Assembly (NCBI GenBank): GCA_965216315.1
Contig: CBDCFN010000016.1
Coordinates: 392,378 to 456,377 of the forward strand
Length of the DNA stretch: 64,000 nucleotides
Direction of reading: 5' to 3'
Source: a bacterium
Lineage (GTDB): Bacteria > UBA10199 > 2-02-FULL-50-16 > JAJFLM01
Shown here: in pieces, positions 10,309 through 20,606 of the stretch
How positions within the stretch are numbered: the stretch's first letter is position 1
Layout of the letters: each line of letters starts with the position of its first letter
Made by a program: the position numbers and the translations under genes
Notes under the pieces: generated by a model
What the model was told of the DNA's origin: nothing
Seen by the model: the letters and a program-made list of their open reading frames with translations, nothing else
Database searches by the model: none

Positions 10309-11613
10309 ATGATGAAGACGGCCGTTGAAAAGTTGCACAGTCGGGAAGCGAAGGTAGCTGTTATTGGTATGGGCTATGTCGGGTTGCCCTTAGCAGTAGA
10401 AATTGCAAGTGCTGGGTTTGTGACTACGGGAATTGACCTGGTGACAGATAAAATTAAGTCAATCAATGCTGGGGTTAACTATATTAAGGACGTCGACGAT
10501 GTCACTTTGAGAAATTTAGTGGCTGACGGAAAGCTACGAGCGTCTAGCGATTTTTCATTATTAAGTGATTTTGATTATATTGCGATTGCCGTTCCAACTC
10601 CTCTAGGGAAAGGGAAAATACCGGATATTTCATTTGTCGCCTCAGCCGTTGGAGAAGTGAGTCAGCATCTTAGGAAGGGACAAGTCATTATCTTGGAGTC
10701 GACAACATATCCGGGCACAACGGAGGAAGTTGTATTGCCTTTATTGGAGGAATCCGGTCTCAAGGTAGGCGAGGATTTTCATTTAGCTTATTCTCCAGAG
10801 CGGGTCGATCCTGGCAATAAGTCTTACGGTCTTAAGAATACGCCTAAAGTTATTGGGGGAGTCACTCCTAATTGCACCGAAGCGGCGCAGTCACTTTATG
10901 CAACATTTGTTGATCACCTTGTACCTGTGAGTTCGACGAGAGCAGCAGAGATGGTAAAAATATTAGAGAACACCTTTAGGGCGATCAATATCGGTCTTGC
11001 TAATGAAGTAGCTATTATTTGCAATCACCTTGATATTGATACATGGGAAGTTATTGATGCAGCGGCTTCAAAGCCTTTTGGCTTCATGCCTTTTTACCCC
11101 GGCCCGGGGCTAGGGGGACACTGTATTCCTGTTGATCCACATTACCTCGTTTGGAAGCTTAAATCGTTAGATTATAATCCACGATTTATTCAGTTGGCAG
11201 ATGAAGTTAACTCTTCAATGCCCAAATTGGTTGTCGATAAGATCTCGCATGCCTTAAATTTTGCAGGTAAGCCGCTTAAGGATTCAAAAATTCTCGTATT
11301 AGGAGTCGCGTATAAACCAGATGTAGACGACTACAGAGAATCACCATCATTAGACGTCATACAATTGCTTCAAAAATCTGGAGCTATTGTATCGTATCAT
11401 GATCCTCATGTGCCAAGCTTGAAGGTAAGTGGGATTAATCTTGAGTCATGTCCGATTAACGGAACTTTGTCGGATTATGATTGTGTCGTGCTGCTCACGC
11501 AGCATTCCGTGTTTAAAATGGAGGAGATAGTTATGAAGTCCCAGTTATTAGTGGATACGCGCAATGCGACGAGAGATATTAGAGGGCATTCTTCCAAGAT
11601 TGTTAAATTATAA
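10309..11613 (+). CDS. wbpA: UDP-N-acetyl-D-glucosamine 6-dehydrogenase (WbpA/TviB-like nucleotide-sugar dehydrogenase)
   Basis: 434 aa. The N-terminal Rossmann motif reads [14 protein letters not shown]. It has the UDP-Glc/GDP-Man dehydrogenase family layout. The strong RBS GGAGGAG lies upstream. Confidence 0.8.
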   Translation: MMKTAVEKLHSREAKVAVIGMGYVGLPLAVEIASAGFVTTGIDLVTDKIKSINAGVNYIKDVDDVTLRNLVADGKLRASSDFSLLSDFDYIAIAVPTPLGKGKIPDISFVASAVGEVSQHLRKGQVIILESTTYPGTTEEVVLPLLEESGLKVGEDFHLAYSPERVDPGNKSYGLKNTPKVIGGVTPNCTEAAQSLYATFVDHLVPVSSTRAAEMVKILENTFRAINIGLANEVAIICNHLDIDTWEVIDAAASKPFGFMPFYPGPGLGGHCIPVDPHYLVWKLKSLDYNPRFIQLADEVNSSMPKLVVDKISHALNFAGKPLKDSKILVLGVAYKPDVDDYRESPSLDVIQLLQKSGAIVSYHDPHVPSLKVSGINLESCPINGTLSDYDCVVLLTQHSVFKMEEIVMKSQLLVDTRNATRDIRGHSSKIVKL

Positions 11614-11639
11614 TATTTAGGAATGGAGAGGCTAAAAAA

Positions 11640-13271
11640 GTGCCAGATAATAAATCAGTAAAAAAGAACATTGCTGTCGTGGGCGCGGGGTACTGGGGTA
11701 AGAACTTGATTCGTAACTTCAGTGTATTATCGGCTTTAGGGGCTATATGTGATTCCAATAGAGAAAGCTTGGCGGAGTGGAAAAAAAAATATCCGAATTG
11801 TGAATTCTTCAGTTCGTTTGATGAAGTGCTAGAGCAAAAAAATATTGAAGGGGTTGTCATTGCAACACCCGCTGAAACCCATGCAGGCCTTGTTGAAAAA
11901 GCTCTAAATGCAAACAAAGATGTCCTGGTGGAAAAGCCGCTCTGTCTTGATGTTTCTGAAGGAGAGCGCCTTATCGCGCTGGCACGACAGAAAAATCGTA
12001 TTCTTATGGTTGGACACTTGCTTTGGTATCACCCTGCTGTGTTGAAGTTGAAAGAACTGTTGAAGTCCGGAGAGCTAGGACGCATCCAGTATATTTATTC
12101 AAATCGATTAAACTTGGGAAAAATTCGTCGAGAAGAGAATATTCTTTGGTCGTTTGCGCCACATGATCTTTCGGTTATTCTAGGTCTTTTAAATGAGATG
12201 CCTGACTCTGTACAGGCACAAGGAGGGAACTATCTGCATCAACAAATTGCAGATGTAACAGTGAGTATGCTTTCTTTTCCCAGTGGCGTCAAGGCTCACA
12301 TATTCGTTTCTTGGCTTCATCCCTTCAAGGAGCAGAAGCTAGTTGTCGTTGGGGACCGCCAAATGGCTGTTTTTAATGATGTGGAGAAGGAGAATAAGCT
12401 CTTGCTGTTCCCTCACACGATAGATTGGAAAAATCAAATACCTGTGGCTAAGAAAGAAGAAGCGCGGCCAATTCAGATCGACGATTATGAACCATTGCGT
12501 GCCGAATGCTCCCATTTTCTCGATTGCGTCGCAACTCGTCAGGCCCCGCGGACGGACGGCGAAGAGGGGATACGCGTTCTAAAAGTTCTTCATCAGTGTC
12601 AACAAGCGCTTGAGCTTGTGCAGAGGAGTGGGGATGCACAGTCTTCTTCTCCCGATTATTTTGTTCACGAATCAGCTTGGATTGATGAAGGTGTCGAAAT
12701 TGGAGCGGGTAGTAAAATATGGCATACGAGTCATATCTTAACGGGATCAAAGCTGGGGAAAAAATGTAATGTGGGTCAAAATGTTGTCATTGGGCCCCGC
12801 GTTTCGATCGGGGATGGCGTAAAGATACAGAATAATGTCTCAGTTTATCAGGGCGTGACTCTAGAAGATGGAGTTTTCTGTGGTCCGTCAATGGTCTTTA
12901 CGAACATTATGAACCCAAGAAGTGAAATACCCCGAATGGATCAGGTGAAACCAACTTTAGTGAAGCGCGGAGCAACACTGGGGGCTAATTCAACGATTGT
13001 GTGCGGCGTGACAATTGGTCGATATGCTTTTGTTGGAGCCGGAGCTGTCGTTACTAAAGATATTCCGGACAATGCCTTGGTTATGGGTAACCCGGCGCGT
13101 ATTACAGGTTGGATGTGTGCGTGCGGTGTTAAGCTTGATAAAGGCTCAGATGACATTTTTTCTTGTCCAGATTGCAAAGACACATATCAAATAAATAGCG
13201 ATGGCTTTTTAATGCATTCAGGGCCCGATGATGTGAGCCTGAGTGAAGATAAAGTCGCAATATCTAACTAA
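11640..13271 (+). CDS. bifunctional Gfo/Idh/MocA oxidoreductase (WbpB-like) fused to hexapeptide-repeat N-acetyltransferase (WbpD-like)
   Basis: The N-terminal domain carries [12 protein letters not shown] and EKPL motifs typical of GFO_IDH_MocA enzymes. The C-terminal roughly 200 aa is a left-handed beta-helix of hexapeptide repeats ([22 protein letters not shown]...). The start codon is GTG. Confidence 0.75.
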   Translation: MPDNKSVKKNIAVVGAGYWGKNLIRNFSVLSALGAICDSNRESLAEWKKKYPNCEFFSSFDEVLEQKNIEGVVIATPAETHAGLVEKALNANKDVLVEKPLCLDVSEGERLIALARQKNRILMVGHLLWYHPAVLKLKELLKSGELGRIQYIYSNRLNLGKIRREENILWSFAPHDLSVILGLLNEMPDSVQAQGGNYLHQQIADVTVSMLSFPSGVKAHIFVSWLHPFKEQKLVVVGDRQMAVFNDVEKENKLLLFPHTIDWKNQIPVAKKEEARPIQIDDYEPLRAECSHFLDCVATRQAPRTDGEEGIRVLKVLHQCQQALELVQRSGDAQSSSPDYFVHESAWIDEGVEIGAGSKIWHTSHILTGSKLGKKCNVGQNVVIGPRVSIGDGVKIQNNVSVYQGVTLEDGVFCGPSMVFTNIMNPRSEIPRMDQVKPTLVKRGATLGANSTIVCGVTIGRYAFVGAGAVVTKDIPDNALVMGNPARITGWMCACGVKLDKGSDDIFSCPDCKDTYQINSDGFLMHSGPDDVSLSEDKVAISN

Positions 13272-13293
13272 CTTAACAGAAAACAGGAATAAA

Positions 13294-14433
13294 ATGAAAG
13301 TCCCACTTCTTGATTTGAAGGCTCAGCACGATCCTATCCGTAGTGAGATAAGTGCAGCCATTGAAAAGGTATTAGATAGCAACATTTATATCTTAGGCCC
13401 AGAAGTTAAAAGGCTGGAACAGCGGGTAGCTGATTATAGTGGAGCTCAACACGGTATCGGGGTTTCTTCCGGAACAGATGCCTTGCTAGTAGCATTGATG
13501 GCACTAGACTTAGAGCCCGGAGATGAAGTTATCACGACAGACTACTCTTTTTTTGCAACTGCGGGTGCCATTGCGCGCGTGGGTGCTAAGCCCGTTTTTG
13601 TTGATATTGATCCAGCTACATATAATTTGGACCCCAATAAAATTGAAGCGGCGATTACAAGTAAAACCAGAGCGATTATAGTTGTTCATTTGTTCGGCCA
13701 GTGTGCGGATATGGCTCCAATCATAGAAATTGGTAGGCGCCATAATTTAAAGATTATTGAAGATGCGGCTCAGGCAATTGGTGTTGATTATAGTGATGGG
13801 CGTCGCGCGGGGAGTATAGGTGATATAGGTTGTTTTTCATTTTTCCCTAGTAAGAACCTAGGTGCGTTGGGCGATGGCGGAATGGTTGTAACGAGCGATG
13901 ATGCGTTAGCTGAAAAAATGACTATTTTAAGGGCTCATGGGGGCAAGCCAAAGTATCATCACAAAATTATTGGGGGCAATTTCCGATTAGACGCCATTCA
14001 AGCGGCAGTGTTGAATGTTAAGCTAGGTGAATTAGACAAGTGGACAAAGCAACGACAGGAAAATGCAGATGCTTATGTGGAGTTATTTAAACAGAGCGAT
14101 TTATTGGAAAAGACAGAATTACGTCTTCCAGCTGCAGTGTATGAGCGGTCAGGCCATCAACATCACCATATTTATAATCAGTTCATAATTCGTATTAAAG
14201 AGAGAGATGCGCTTAGAGATTTTTTGAAATCGCATGAAATTGGGTCAGAAGTTTATTACCCGATTCCATTTCATTTGCAGGAATGTTTTCAAGGCCTTGG
14301 TTATCATACTGAAGATTTCCCTTTGTCCCGACAGGCTGCACAGGAGAGTTTAGCCTTGCCTGTGTACCCAGGGCTTACTCGTGACATGCAACAGTATGTC
14401 ATCGAAGTAATTCACGAATTTTACAGAAAATGA
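13294..14433 (+). CDS. DegT/DnrJ/EryC1-family PLP aminotransferase (WbpE-like, UDP-3-oxo-GlcNAcA transaminase)
   Basis: The N-terminus reads MKVPLLDLKAQHDPIRSEI. The family has a SxxxK active-site region. The internal ATG at 13294 with RBS AGGAA is preferred over the track start at 13243, which would overlap the previous gene. Confidence 0.8.
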   Translation: MKVPLLDLKAQHDPIRSEISAAIEKVLDSNIYILGPEVKRLEQRVADYSGAQHGIGVSSGTDALLVALMALDLEPGDEVITTDYSFFATAGAIARVGAKPVFVDIDPATYNLDPNKIEAAITSKTRAIIVVHLFGQCADMAPIIEIGRRHNLKIIEDAAQAIGVDYSDGRRAGSIGDIGCFSFFPSKNLGALGDGGMVVTSDDALAEKMTILRAHGGKPKYHHKIIGGNFRLDAIQAAVLNVKLGELDKWTKQRQENADAYVELFKQSDLLEKTELRLPAAVYERSGHQHHHIYNQFIIRIKERDALRDFLKSHEIGSEVYYPIPFHLQECFQGLGYHTEDFPLSRQAAQESLALPVYPGLTRDMQQYVIEVIHEFYRK

Positions 14434-15575
14434 AGTTAGCTACGATAGTTGGTGCTCGTCCTCAATTTGTAAAAGCGGCGATGGTCTCGCGCGCAATTCG
14501 TGAGTATAATGACAACTGTGAGGCAAGTCTTCGGCTGGAGGAGCTACTGATCCATACAGGTCAGCATTACGACTTTGAAATGAGCCAGGTATTTTTTGAT
14601 CAACTTGATTTGCCAAGTCCGTATATTCACCTCGGTATTGGCTCGGGAACGCACGGAGAGCAGACTGCAAGTATGCTTTCGTCTCTGGAACAGGCACTGA
14701 TTGAGGCAAGTCCTGATGCTGTCTTGGTTTACGGGGATACAAACTCGACACTTGCAGGGGCATTGGCGGCCGCAAAGCTTAATATCCCCATAGGGCATGT
14801 TGAGGGCGGAATGCGTTCTTTTAACCGCAAAATGCCTGAGGAAATCAATCGCGTTTTAACGGACCATGTAGCCAATTGGCATTTTTGTGCGACGCAAACA
14901 GCCATTAATAATCTCCTTGCTGAAGGCGTTAATGAAAATGTTCTGTTGGTTGGTGACGTTATGCTTGAGGCCGTGAATTTGTATCAAACTATAGCCGAAA
15001 AGAAATCTAATATACTATCAAGGCTAGCGCTTTATGATTCGCGAACAGAAAAAGTGAAACCGTTTGGCCTTGTGACGCTTCATAGGGCGGAGAATGTTGA
15101 TGATGATAAACGTATTGGAAGCATTCTAGACGCACTTATAAAAGTTTCGAAAGATATCGAACTAGTATTCACGATTCACCCCAGGACGAGAAAAGCTATG
15201 GAAACTCATCGACTAAAAGACAACTTAGATGTTGCTGCATCAAGTGGGCGTATTAAGCTGATAGATCCTCTTCCCTATCTGGATATGATCCGTCTAGAGG
15301 AAGCCGCGGAGTTGATATTTACTGATTCAGGCGGTGTTCAAAAAGAGGCCTATTGGCTTGGTACGCCGTGTGTAACCCTGCGTGACGAGACAGAATGGGT
15401 TGAAACTGTTGAGAGGGGTTGGAACGCAGTTGTTGGAGCGGATTCGGAGAAAATTCTTCTGGCAGCTAGGGTGCGAAAAGGAAGTATGGATCAACCGAAG
15501 CATGTTTTAGGTAATGAGCAAGCATCTCAGAAAATTATCTTAGCACTCGTATCTCAATTTAGGGAGGCAAAGTGA
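14430..15575 (+). CDS. UDP-N-acetylglucosamine 2-epimerase, non-hydrolysing (WecB/WbpI-like)
   Basis: Motifs GARPQFVKAAMV and HVEGGMRSF are present. The protein is 381 aa. Its start is an ATGA overlap with the previous gene. Confidence 0.8.
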   Translation: MKLATIVGARPQFVKAAMVSRAIREYNDNCEASLRLEELLIHTGQHYDFEMSQVFFDQLDLPSPYIHLGIGSGTHGEQTASMLSSLEQALIEASPDAVLVYGDTNSTLAGALAAAKLNIPIGHVEGGMRSFNRKMPEEINRVLTDHVANWHFCATQTAINNLLAEGVNENVLLVGDVMLEAVNLYQTIAEKKSNILSRLALYDSRTEKVKPFGLVTLHRAENVDDDKRIGSILDALIKVSKDIELVFTIHPRTRKAMETHRLKDNLDVAASSGRIKLIDPLPYLDMIRLEEAAELIFTDSGGVQKEAYWLGTPCVTLRDETEWVETVERGWNAVVGADSEKILLAARVRKGSMDQPKHVLGNEQASQKIILALVSQFREAK

Positions 15576-16888
15576 GGATTGCAATCATAGGTTCTGGTTA
15601 TGTGGGGCTTGTCAGTGGAGCGTGCCTGGCTGAGCTAGGCCATCGAGTGATGTGTGTCGATGTTGATAAGAGTAAAATAGATCTTCTAAATACTGGTGCT
15701 TGTCCTATTTATGAGCCCCGGCTCGAAGATTTACTGAAGGATAATATTGGCAGAGAGCAGATTTCTTTTACGACAGACATGAAAAAGGCCATTGCCGAGG
15801 CAGAAGTCGTATTTATCGCGGTTGGTACGCCCAGCTGTCGTCGGGGAAGCGGTTATGCTGACATGAGATATGTATATGAAGCGGCTCGATCTGTGGCCCC
15901 TCATCTTAACGATTACAAGGTGATCGTTAATAAGTCGACAGTTCCCGTGGGTTCGGCGCGACAAGTGGAACGGATAATCCGTGAAGTGAATCCAAACGCG
16001 ACATTTGACGTCGCTTCAAATCCAGAATTTCTAAGAGAAGGTGCAGCCGTCCATGATTTTATGCATCCAGACCGAGTTGTTATTGGAGTCGAGTCCCAAC
16101 GAGCACGGGACGTGCTTAAGAGAGTCTATGAACCACTCTATTTATTGGGGACTCCATGTGTTGTAACTGATCTGGAGACGGCTGAATTGACGAAGTACGC
16201 TTCCAACGCTTTCTTGGCGACGAAGATTAGTTTTATTAACGAAATGGCAAATCTTTGTGAGGCAGTCGGTGCTAATGTTCAGGATGTGGCCAAAGGAATG
16301 GGTTTGGATGGAAGAATTGGGCAGAAGTTTTTGCATGCAGGACCGGGATATGGCGGATCTTGTTTTCCTAAGGACACAATGGCCTTATTAAGGATTGCTC
16401 AAGAGAAGAGTGTGCCCTGTAGAATTGCTGAAGCGGTCGTAGAAGTTAATAATGCTCAAAAGGCTCGAATGGTAGGCAAAATTCTTCATGCGATGGGCAA
16501 TAAAACTTCTGGAAAGACGTTAGCGATATTGGGGCTGACATATAAACCGGAAACGGATGACATGCGTGAGGCTCCCTCATTGACTATTATTCCCGCCCTT
16601 ATTGATAAGGGTGTAAAGATTAAAGCACATGATCCTGAAGGAATGAATGAAGCAAAACAGCTGATGCCCGAGGTAGCATACTGCAATGATCCTTATAGTG
16701 CTTGTGACAGCGCTGATGCGGTCTGTCTCTTAACAGAGTGGAATCCGTACCGTGCATTAGATCTGAAGCGCATTAAGGAGTCGATGAAGCAGCCAATTTT
16801 TATCGATTTGCGAAATGTCTATAACCCTCAATTGATGCGTGAGATGGGCTTTTACTATGAAAGTGTCGGGCGAAATAGCGTTGACTGA
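15572..16888 (+). CDS. ugd: UDP-glucose 6-dehydrogenase
   Basis: Motifs IIGSGYVGLVSGACLAELGH, NPEFLREGAAVHDF and GGSCFPKD are present. The protein is 438 aa. Confidence 0.8.
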   Translation: MRIAIIGSGYVGLVSGACLAELGHRVMCVDVDKSKIDLLNTGACPIYEPRLEDLLKDNIGREQISFTTDMKKAIAEAEVVFIAVGTPSCRRGSGYADMRYVYEAARSVAPHLNDYKVIVNKSTVPVGSARQVERIIREVNPNATFDVASNPEFLREGAAVHDFMHPDRVVIGVESQRARDVLKRVYEPLYLLGTPCVVTDLETAELTKYASNAFLATKISFINEMANLCEAVGANVQDVAKGMGLDGRIGQKFLHAGPGYGGSCFPKDTMALLRIAQEKSVPCRIAEAVVEVNNAQKARMVGKILHAMGNKTSGKTLAILGLTYKPETDDMREAPSLTIIPALIDKGVKIKAHDPEGMNEAKQLMPEVAYCNDPYSACDSADAVCLLTEWNPYRALDLKRIKESMKQPIFIDLRNVYNPQLMREMGFYYESVGRNSVD

Positions 16889-17864
16889 CCAGACAATACT
16901 CGTCACAGGTGCCGCAGGATTCATCGGGTTTCATGTCTCCAATGAGTTATTGAAGCAGGGTGTGCGTGTTGTTGGAGTAGATAATTTAAACGATTATTAT
17001 GATGTGACTTTAAAGGAGGCCAGGCTCGCTAGATTAAAAGGCTCAGTAGGTTTTGAATTTAATAAATTAGATATTGCTAATTCTGATGATGTTACCGAGC
17101 TTTTCTCGAATCATTCATTCACGGCGGTAGTTCATTTAGCTGCCCAAGCAGGTGTTCGCTATTCTCTCAAGAATCCTCAAGCATACATCGACAGCAATCT
17201 AGGCGGGTTTGCAAATATATTAGAGGCGTGTCGAAACAGTGAAGTGAAGCACCTCGTATTCGCTTCTTCGAGTTCTGTGTATGGTGCGAATGAACGTATG
17301 CCGTTTTCGGAGCGTGATAGAACTGATTGGCCGATCAGTTTATACGGAGCGACAAAAAAAGCAAATGAAGTAATGGCGCATTCTTATGCCTATCTTTATG
17401 GGCTTCCTTGTACAGGGTTGCGATTTTTTACGGTCTACGGTCCCTGGGGACGTCCCGATATGGCTTATTTTAAGTTTACAAAGGCGATTTTGGAAAGGCA
17501 GCAGATAGACTTATACAATCATGGCAAGATGAAGCGAGATTTTACTTATGTAGATGATGTAACGGAAGGAGTCGTGCGAGCCCTTAAAAAGGTTCCTCAA
17601 AGAGATCACGTCACTAGTGCCCCCTGTGCAATTTATAATGTAGGAAGCAGTAAGCCCGTTGCGTTGCTTGATTTTGTAAAGTCATTAGAAAAGTTGATTG
17701 GTAAGGAGGCTGTAGTGAGAATGCAGGATAGGCAAGTCGGTGATATGTTGGAGACATATTGTGATGGGGAAGATTTCTTGGCTGCGACGGGTTGGAAGCC
17801 GTCAACGTCAATAGATAAAGGTCTCCAGTACTTCGTGAACTGGTATCGAGAGTATTATAAATAG
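16857..17864 (+). CDS. UDP-glucuronate 4-epimerase (Cap1J/WbnF-like SDR)
   Basis: Motifs VTGAAGFIGFHV, GVDNLNDYYDVTLKEARL and a YxxxK catalytic pair are present. The start is uncertain: candidates are 16839, the ATG at 16857, or a TTG a few codons further downstream. Confidence 0.7.
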   Translation: MKVSGEIALTDQTILVTGAAGFIGFHVSNELLKQGVRVVGVDNLNDYYDVTLKEARLARLKGSVGFEFNKLDIANSDDVTELFSNHSFTAVVHLAAQAGVRYSLKNPQAYIDSNLGGFANILEACRNSEVKHLVFASSSSVYGANERMPFSERDRTDWPISLYGATKKANEVMAHSYAYLYGLPCTGLRFFTVYGPWGRPDMAYFKFTKAILERQQIDLYNHGKMKRDFTYVDDVTEGVVRALKKVPQRDHVTSAPCAIYNVGSSKPVALLDFVKSLEKLIGKEAVVRMQDRQVGDMLETYCDGEDFLAATGWKPSTSIDKGLQYFVNWYREYYK

Positions 17865-17875
17865 GGTATGGAGTC

Positions 17876-19561
17876 ATGGTAAGATCACTAAAGAGCCTAA
17901 TAGTAGTTATAATGATTTGCGGTTGTAGTAAGGGGGTACAACTAGAATACAATCCTGCGCTTACGTTCGATCAAGATGTATATCAGCGCTCTGAACCTCC
18001 AGAGTCTGAAGAGATCATTTCTGATAGGTTGGTCATGCCTCCAGTTGATTGGAAAAACAATCATTCTGCAACTCTTGTGGATGAAGAGGGTATACAGGAA
18101 CAAATTGAAGGCGTCGTTTATGTAACGGAGACTCAAGCGGGAAAAACAAAATTTTCAGGCTGGAGTGTTTACCCCGTTTTATCCGTTATTAACACGGCGT
18201 ATCTGGTTACTGGGAGTTCAAGCTATTTGGAGCGATTCGTTGAACTATTCCAATATTTTCTTAGTGTTCGAATGGATAAACAGGGAAGAGTTAGTTTTGC
18301 CGGTGATATCAAGGCGCAATGGGAGCGTCAGGATAACTATAATATATTTTCAGTAAGTCCTTACAAAGACTACAGCGCTGTTGATCAAGATACGCTGATG
18401 AACGAGAGAGGATGGTATAGTCTGTATTTTTCTGATGTGAACTATAGTGGTCTCTTTGTAGATCAGATGCTGCGTTTCGTGCAAATTGTGAAAGAGAATA
18501 ATCTTGATCAATATATGGATGTTGCAGAGCAGATGATTTTAGAGTCTGTCAAGGTTATTGAGTCTCACAAAGCTGATTGGGTACCGATAAGTTCTGATGA
18601 GGGATATTATATTTTTCCAAAGGGGTGTCCTTTTTTTCTCGATGGGGTTGAGATGCCTATCAATGAGGCGGCTATTTTTGGCTCGGCTCTTGTGCGTCTG
18701 TATTTGATTACAAATAACGATAAGTGGTTGGACCGAGCAAAAGCAATGTGGACACATTGGAAGAAGGCCTTTGCTCTCGATGAGTATGGCTATATTACCT
18801 ATCCTTATGTGTTGGGTGATTGGTATGAAGGCTGGACTGAACAGGATACTGTGAGCGTAAACTCTCCTAGTGCACCGCCAAATACACAGCATGAAACTTT
18901 CCATAAAGCCGCCTTAACTATTAATTTCATGATTCTTCTAGAGCGTGCTTTGCCGGGTAGTACATTTGATTATTTAGTTGAATTTAAGAAACTTATTCTA
19001 GCAGCTCAGTCGATGGGGGGAACTGTCATATCTCAGTACCCTTCTATGCTAGGCTTCGGGTGGCCATTAAATACTTTCCATGCACTGCCTCCCTATTACG
19101 CGGAAGGTTGGGTTGCACTAATGCACGACAATGAATTTTTTCAAGAGGGTATCCATCGCTACTGGTGGGTACAGCAGCGGAATAATGAAATCAGGACAAA
19201 TCTAAACTATGGGAAATTGCTAGGAGCTGGTCCTCAAACTATAGAAACGAATAATGCGACTATATATCCGGACTTATTTGAGGATGAGGTGGGGGATTGC
19301 CAGATTTTTGAACTGCGGTCCTCTGTGGCTAAGATGACATTCGCTCATTCAACCCCAAAACATAGGACGCTCTACCTGTATGTGAATAAATCATTAAGTG
19401 AGCGAGTGCGCCTCGACATAAATGTTGATGAAGGCACGTTTTCATCTATTATATATGTTCCCGCAGAAAGATGTATTTTATTGAGCTGGTTGCCAGAAGA
19501 TGAGCATGGATACCCATTAACGGAGGAAGAGAACGTATTACAGTTGATGCATGCTTATTAG
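17876..19561 (+). CDS. lipoprotein of unknown function (Trp-rich, possible alpha/alpha-toroid carbohydrate-active enzyme)
   Basis: 561 aa. The lipobox reads LIVVIMICGC-SKG. No recognisable catalytic motif was found. It is embedded between nucleotide-sugar genes. Confidence 0.45.
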   Translation: MVRSLKSLIVVIMICGCSKGVQLEYNPALTFDQDVYQRSEPPESEEIISDRLVMPPVDWKNNHSATLVDEEGIQEQIEGVVYVTETQAGKTKFSGWSVYPVLSVINTAYLVTGSSSYLERFVELFQYFLSVRMDKQGRVSFAGDIKAQWERQDNYNIFSVSPYKDYSAVDQDTLMNERGWYSLYFSDVNYSGLFVDQMLRFVQIVKENNLDQYMDVAEQMILESVKVIESHKADWVPISSDEGYYIFPKGCPFFLDGVEMPINEAAIFGSALVRLYLITNNDKWLDRAKAMWTHWKKAFALDEYGYITYPYVLGDWYEGWTEQDTVSVNSPSAPPNTQHETFHKAALTINFMILLERALPGSTFDYLVEFKKLILAAQSMGGTVISQYPSMLGFGWPLNTFHALPPYYAEGWVALMHDNEFFQEGIHRYWWVQQRNNEIRTNLNYGKLLGAGPQTIETNNATIYPDLFEDEVGDCQIFELRSSVAKMTFAHSTPKHRTLYLYVNKSLSERVRLDINVDEGTFSSIIYVPAERCILLSWLPEDEHGYPLTEEENVLQLMHAY

Positions 19562-19564
19562 ATT

Positions 19565-20548
19565 ATGAAACTTAAAGGAAAAAAAATACTTGTCATTGGC
19601 GGGGCCGGTTTTATTGGAAGTCACGTAGTGGACCAGCTGGTTCAAACAGATGTCGCTGAAATCATTATTTATGATGATTTTTCCAGGGGGTCGATGAGTA
19701 ATTTAGAACAGGCACTGCAAGATCCACGCGTTAAGATATTCCCTCACGGCGGGAACATACTGCATGCAGATATCCTCGATAAAGCGATGGAGGGGGTCGA
19801 CGGAGTTTTTCATCTAGCAGCTTTGTGGATTTTGCACTGTTACGATTATCCGAGGTCGGCCTTTGAAGTGAACATACGGGGTACATTCAATGTGATCGAG
19901 GCCTGCGTCAAGCATAACGTCGAACGTGTTGTGTATTCCTCATCAGCTTCGGTCTATGGCGACGCACTCGAAATTCCAATGACGGAGGAACACGTTTATA
20001 ATAACGAAACGTTTTACGGTGCGACGAAGATTGCCGGTGAGCATATGTTTAAGTCTCTGGGTAAACGTTATGGGCTGAATTGGGTCGGTCTCAGGTATAT
20101 GAATGTCTATGGGCCACGACAAGACTACAAGGGTGCCTATACGGCAGTAATGATGAAGATATTAGATAGGCTTGATAGAGGCGAAGCGCCCATTGTGTAT
20201 GGGGATGGTTCTCAGCAGTATGATTTTGTCAGTGTCGAAGATACAGCAAGAGCGAACATTGCTGCGCTGAAAGCGTCAACTAGTGGTGAGTGTTATAATG
20301 TTGGTCGGGGCATTGGAACATCTATCAAGGAGCTATCTGAATTGCTTGTTGAGCTTCATGGTGAAACTAAGGAAATTCAATATGAAGATGCGGGGCTTAC
20401 GTTTGTTACCAATAGGATTGGATCAATTGAAAAGGCACAGAAAGACTTAGATTTTCTATGGAAAGATGACTTGAGAGACGGCCTGGATCGACTTATGAGT
20501 TGGCGTAAAGCTACAATAGTAAATGAGCAGTGCGATCGCGCTGAGTGA
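19565..20548 (+). CDS. NAD-dependent epimerase/dehydratase (GalE/WbpP-like UDP-hexose or UDP-HexNAc 4-epimerase)
   Basis: Motifs ILVIGGAGFIGSHVV, YSSSASVYG and YGATKIAGEH are present. Confidence 0.65.
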   Translation: MKLKGKKILVIGGAGFIGSHVVDQLVQTDVAEIIIYDDFSRGSMSNLEQALQDPRVKIFPHGGNILHADILDKAMEGVDGVFHLAALWILHCYDYPRSAFEVNIRGTFNVIEACVKHNVERVVYSSSASVYGDALEIPMTEEHVYNNETFYGATKIAGEHMFKSLGKRYGLNWVGLRYMNVYGPRQDYKGAYTAVMMKILDRLDRGEAPIVYGDGSQQYDFVSVEDTARANIAALKASTSGECYNVGRGIGTSIKELSELLVELHGETKEIQYEDAGLTFVTNRIGSIEKAQKDLDFLWKDDLRDGLDRLMSWRKATIVNEQCDRAE

Positions 20549-20606
20549 AAAAAACATCCCATTTAAATTTTTCAGCTCCTTTTTTGTTTAAAAGAATAAG
20601 AATATC

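Noticed and set aside
11771-11779. A9 homopolymer inside the WbpB-like domain (encodes KKK); similar A8/T8 runs at about 1803, 19575, 24655, 26945, 48641, 51635.
   Set aside because: A phase-variation switch by slipped-strand mispairing is conceivable. However, runs of 8-9 A/T are frequent in this AT-rich locus. They sit in-frame in conserved enzymes, and none is at a promoter or 5' end. Multi-isolate length polymorphism data would be needed.
13243-13293. Upstream in-frame extension of the WbpE-like aminotransferase (track start 13243), the Wzz start at 7882, and the GT4 start at 32647.
   Set aside because: The extensions overlap the preceding genes and lack RBSs. Internal ATGs (13294, 7843, 32683) give N-termini matching family consensus, so the shorter forms were annotated.
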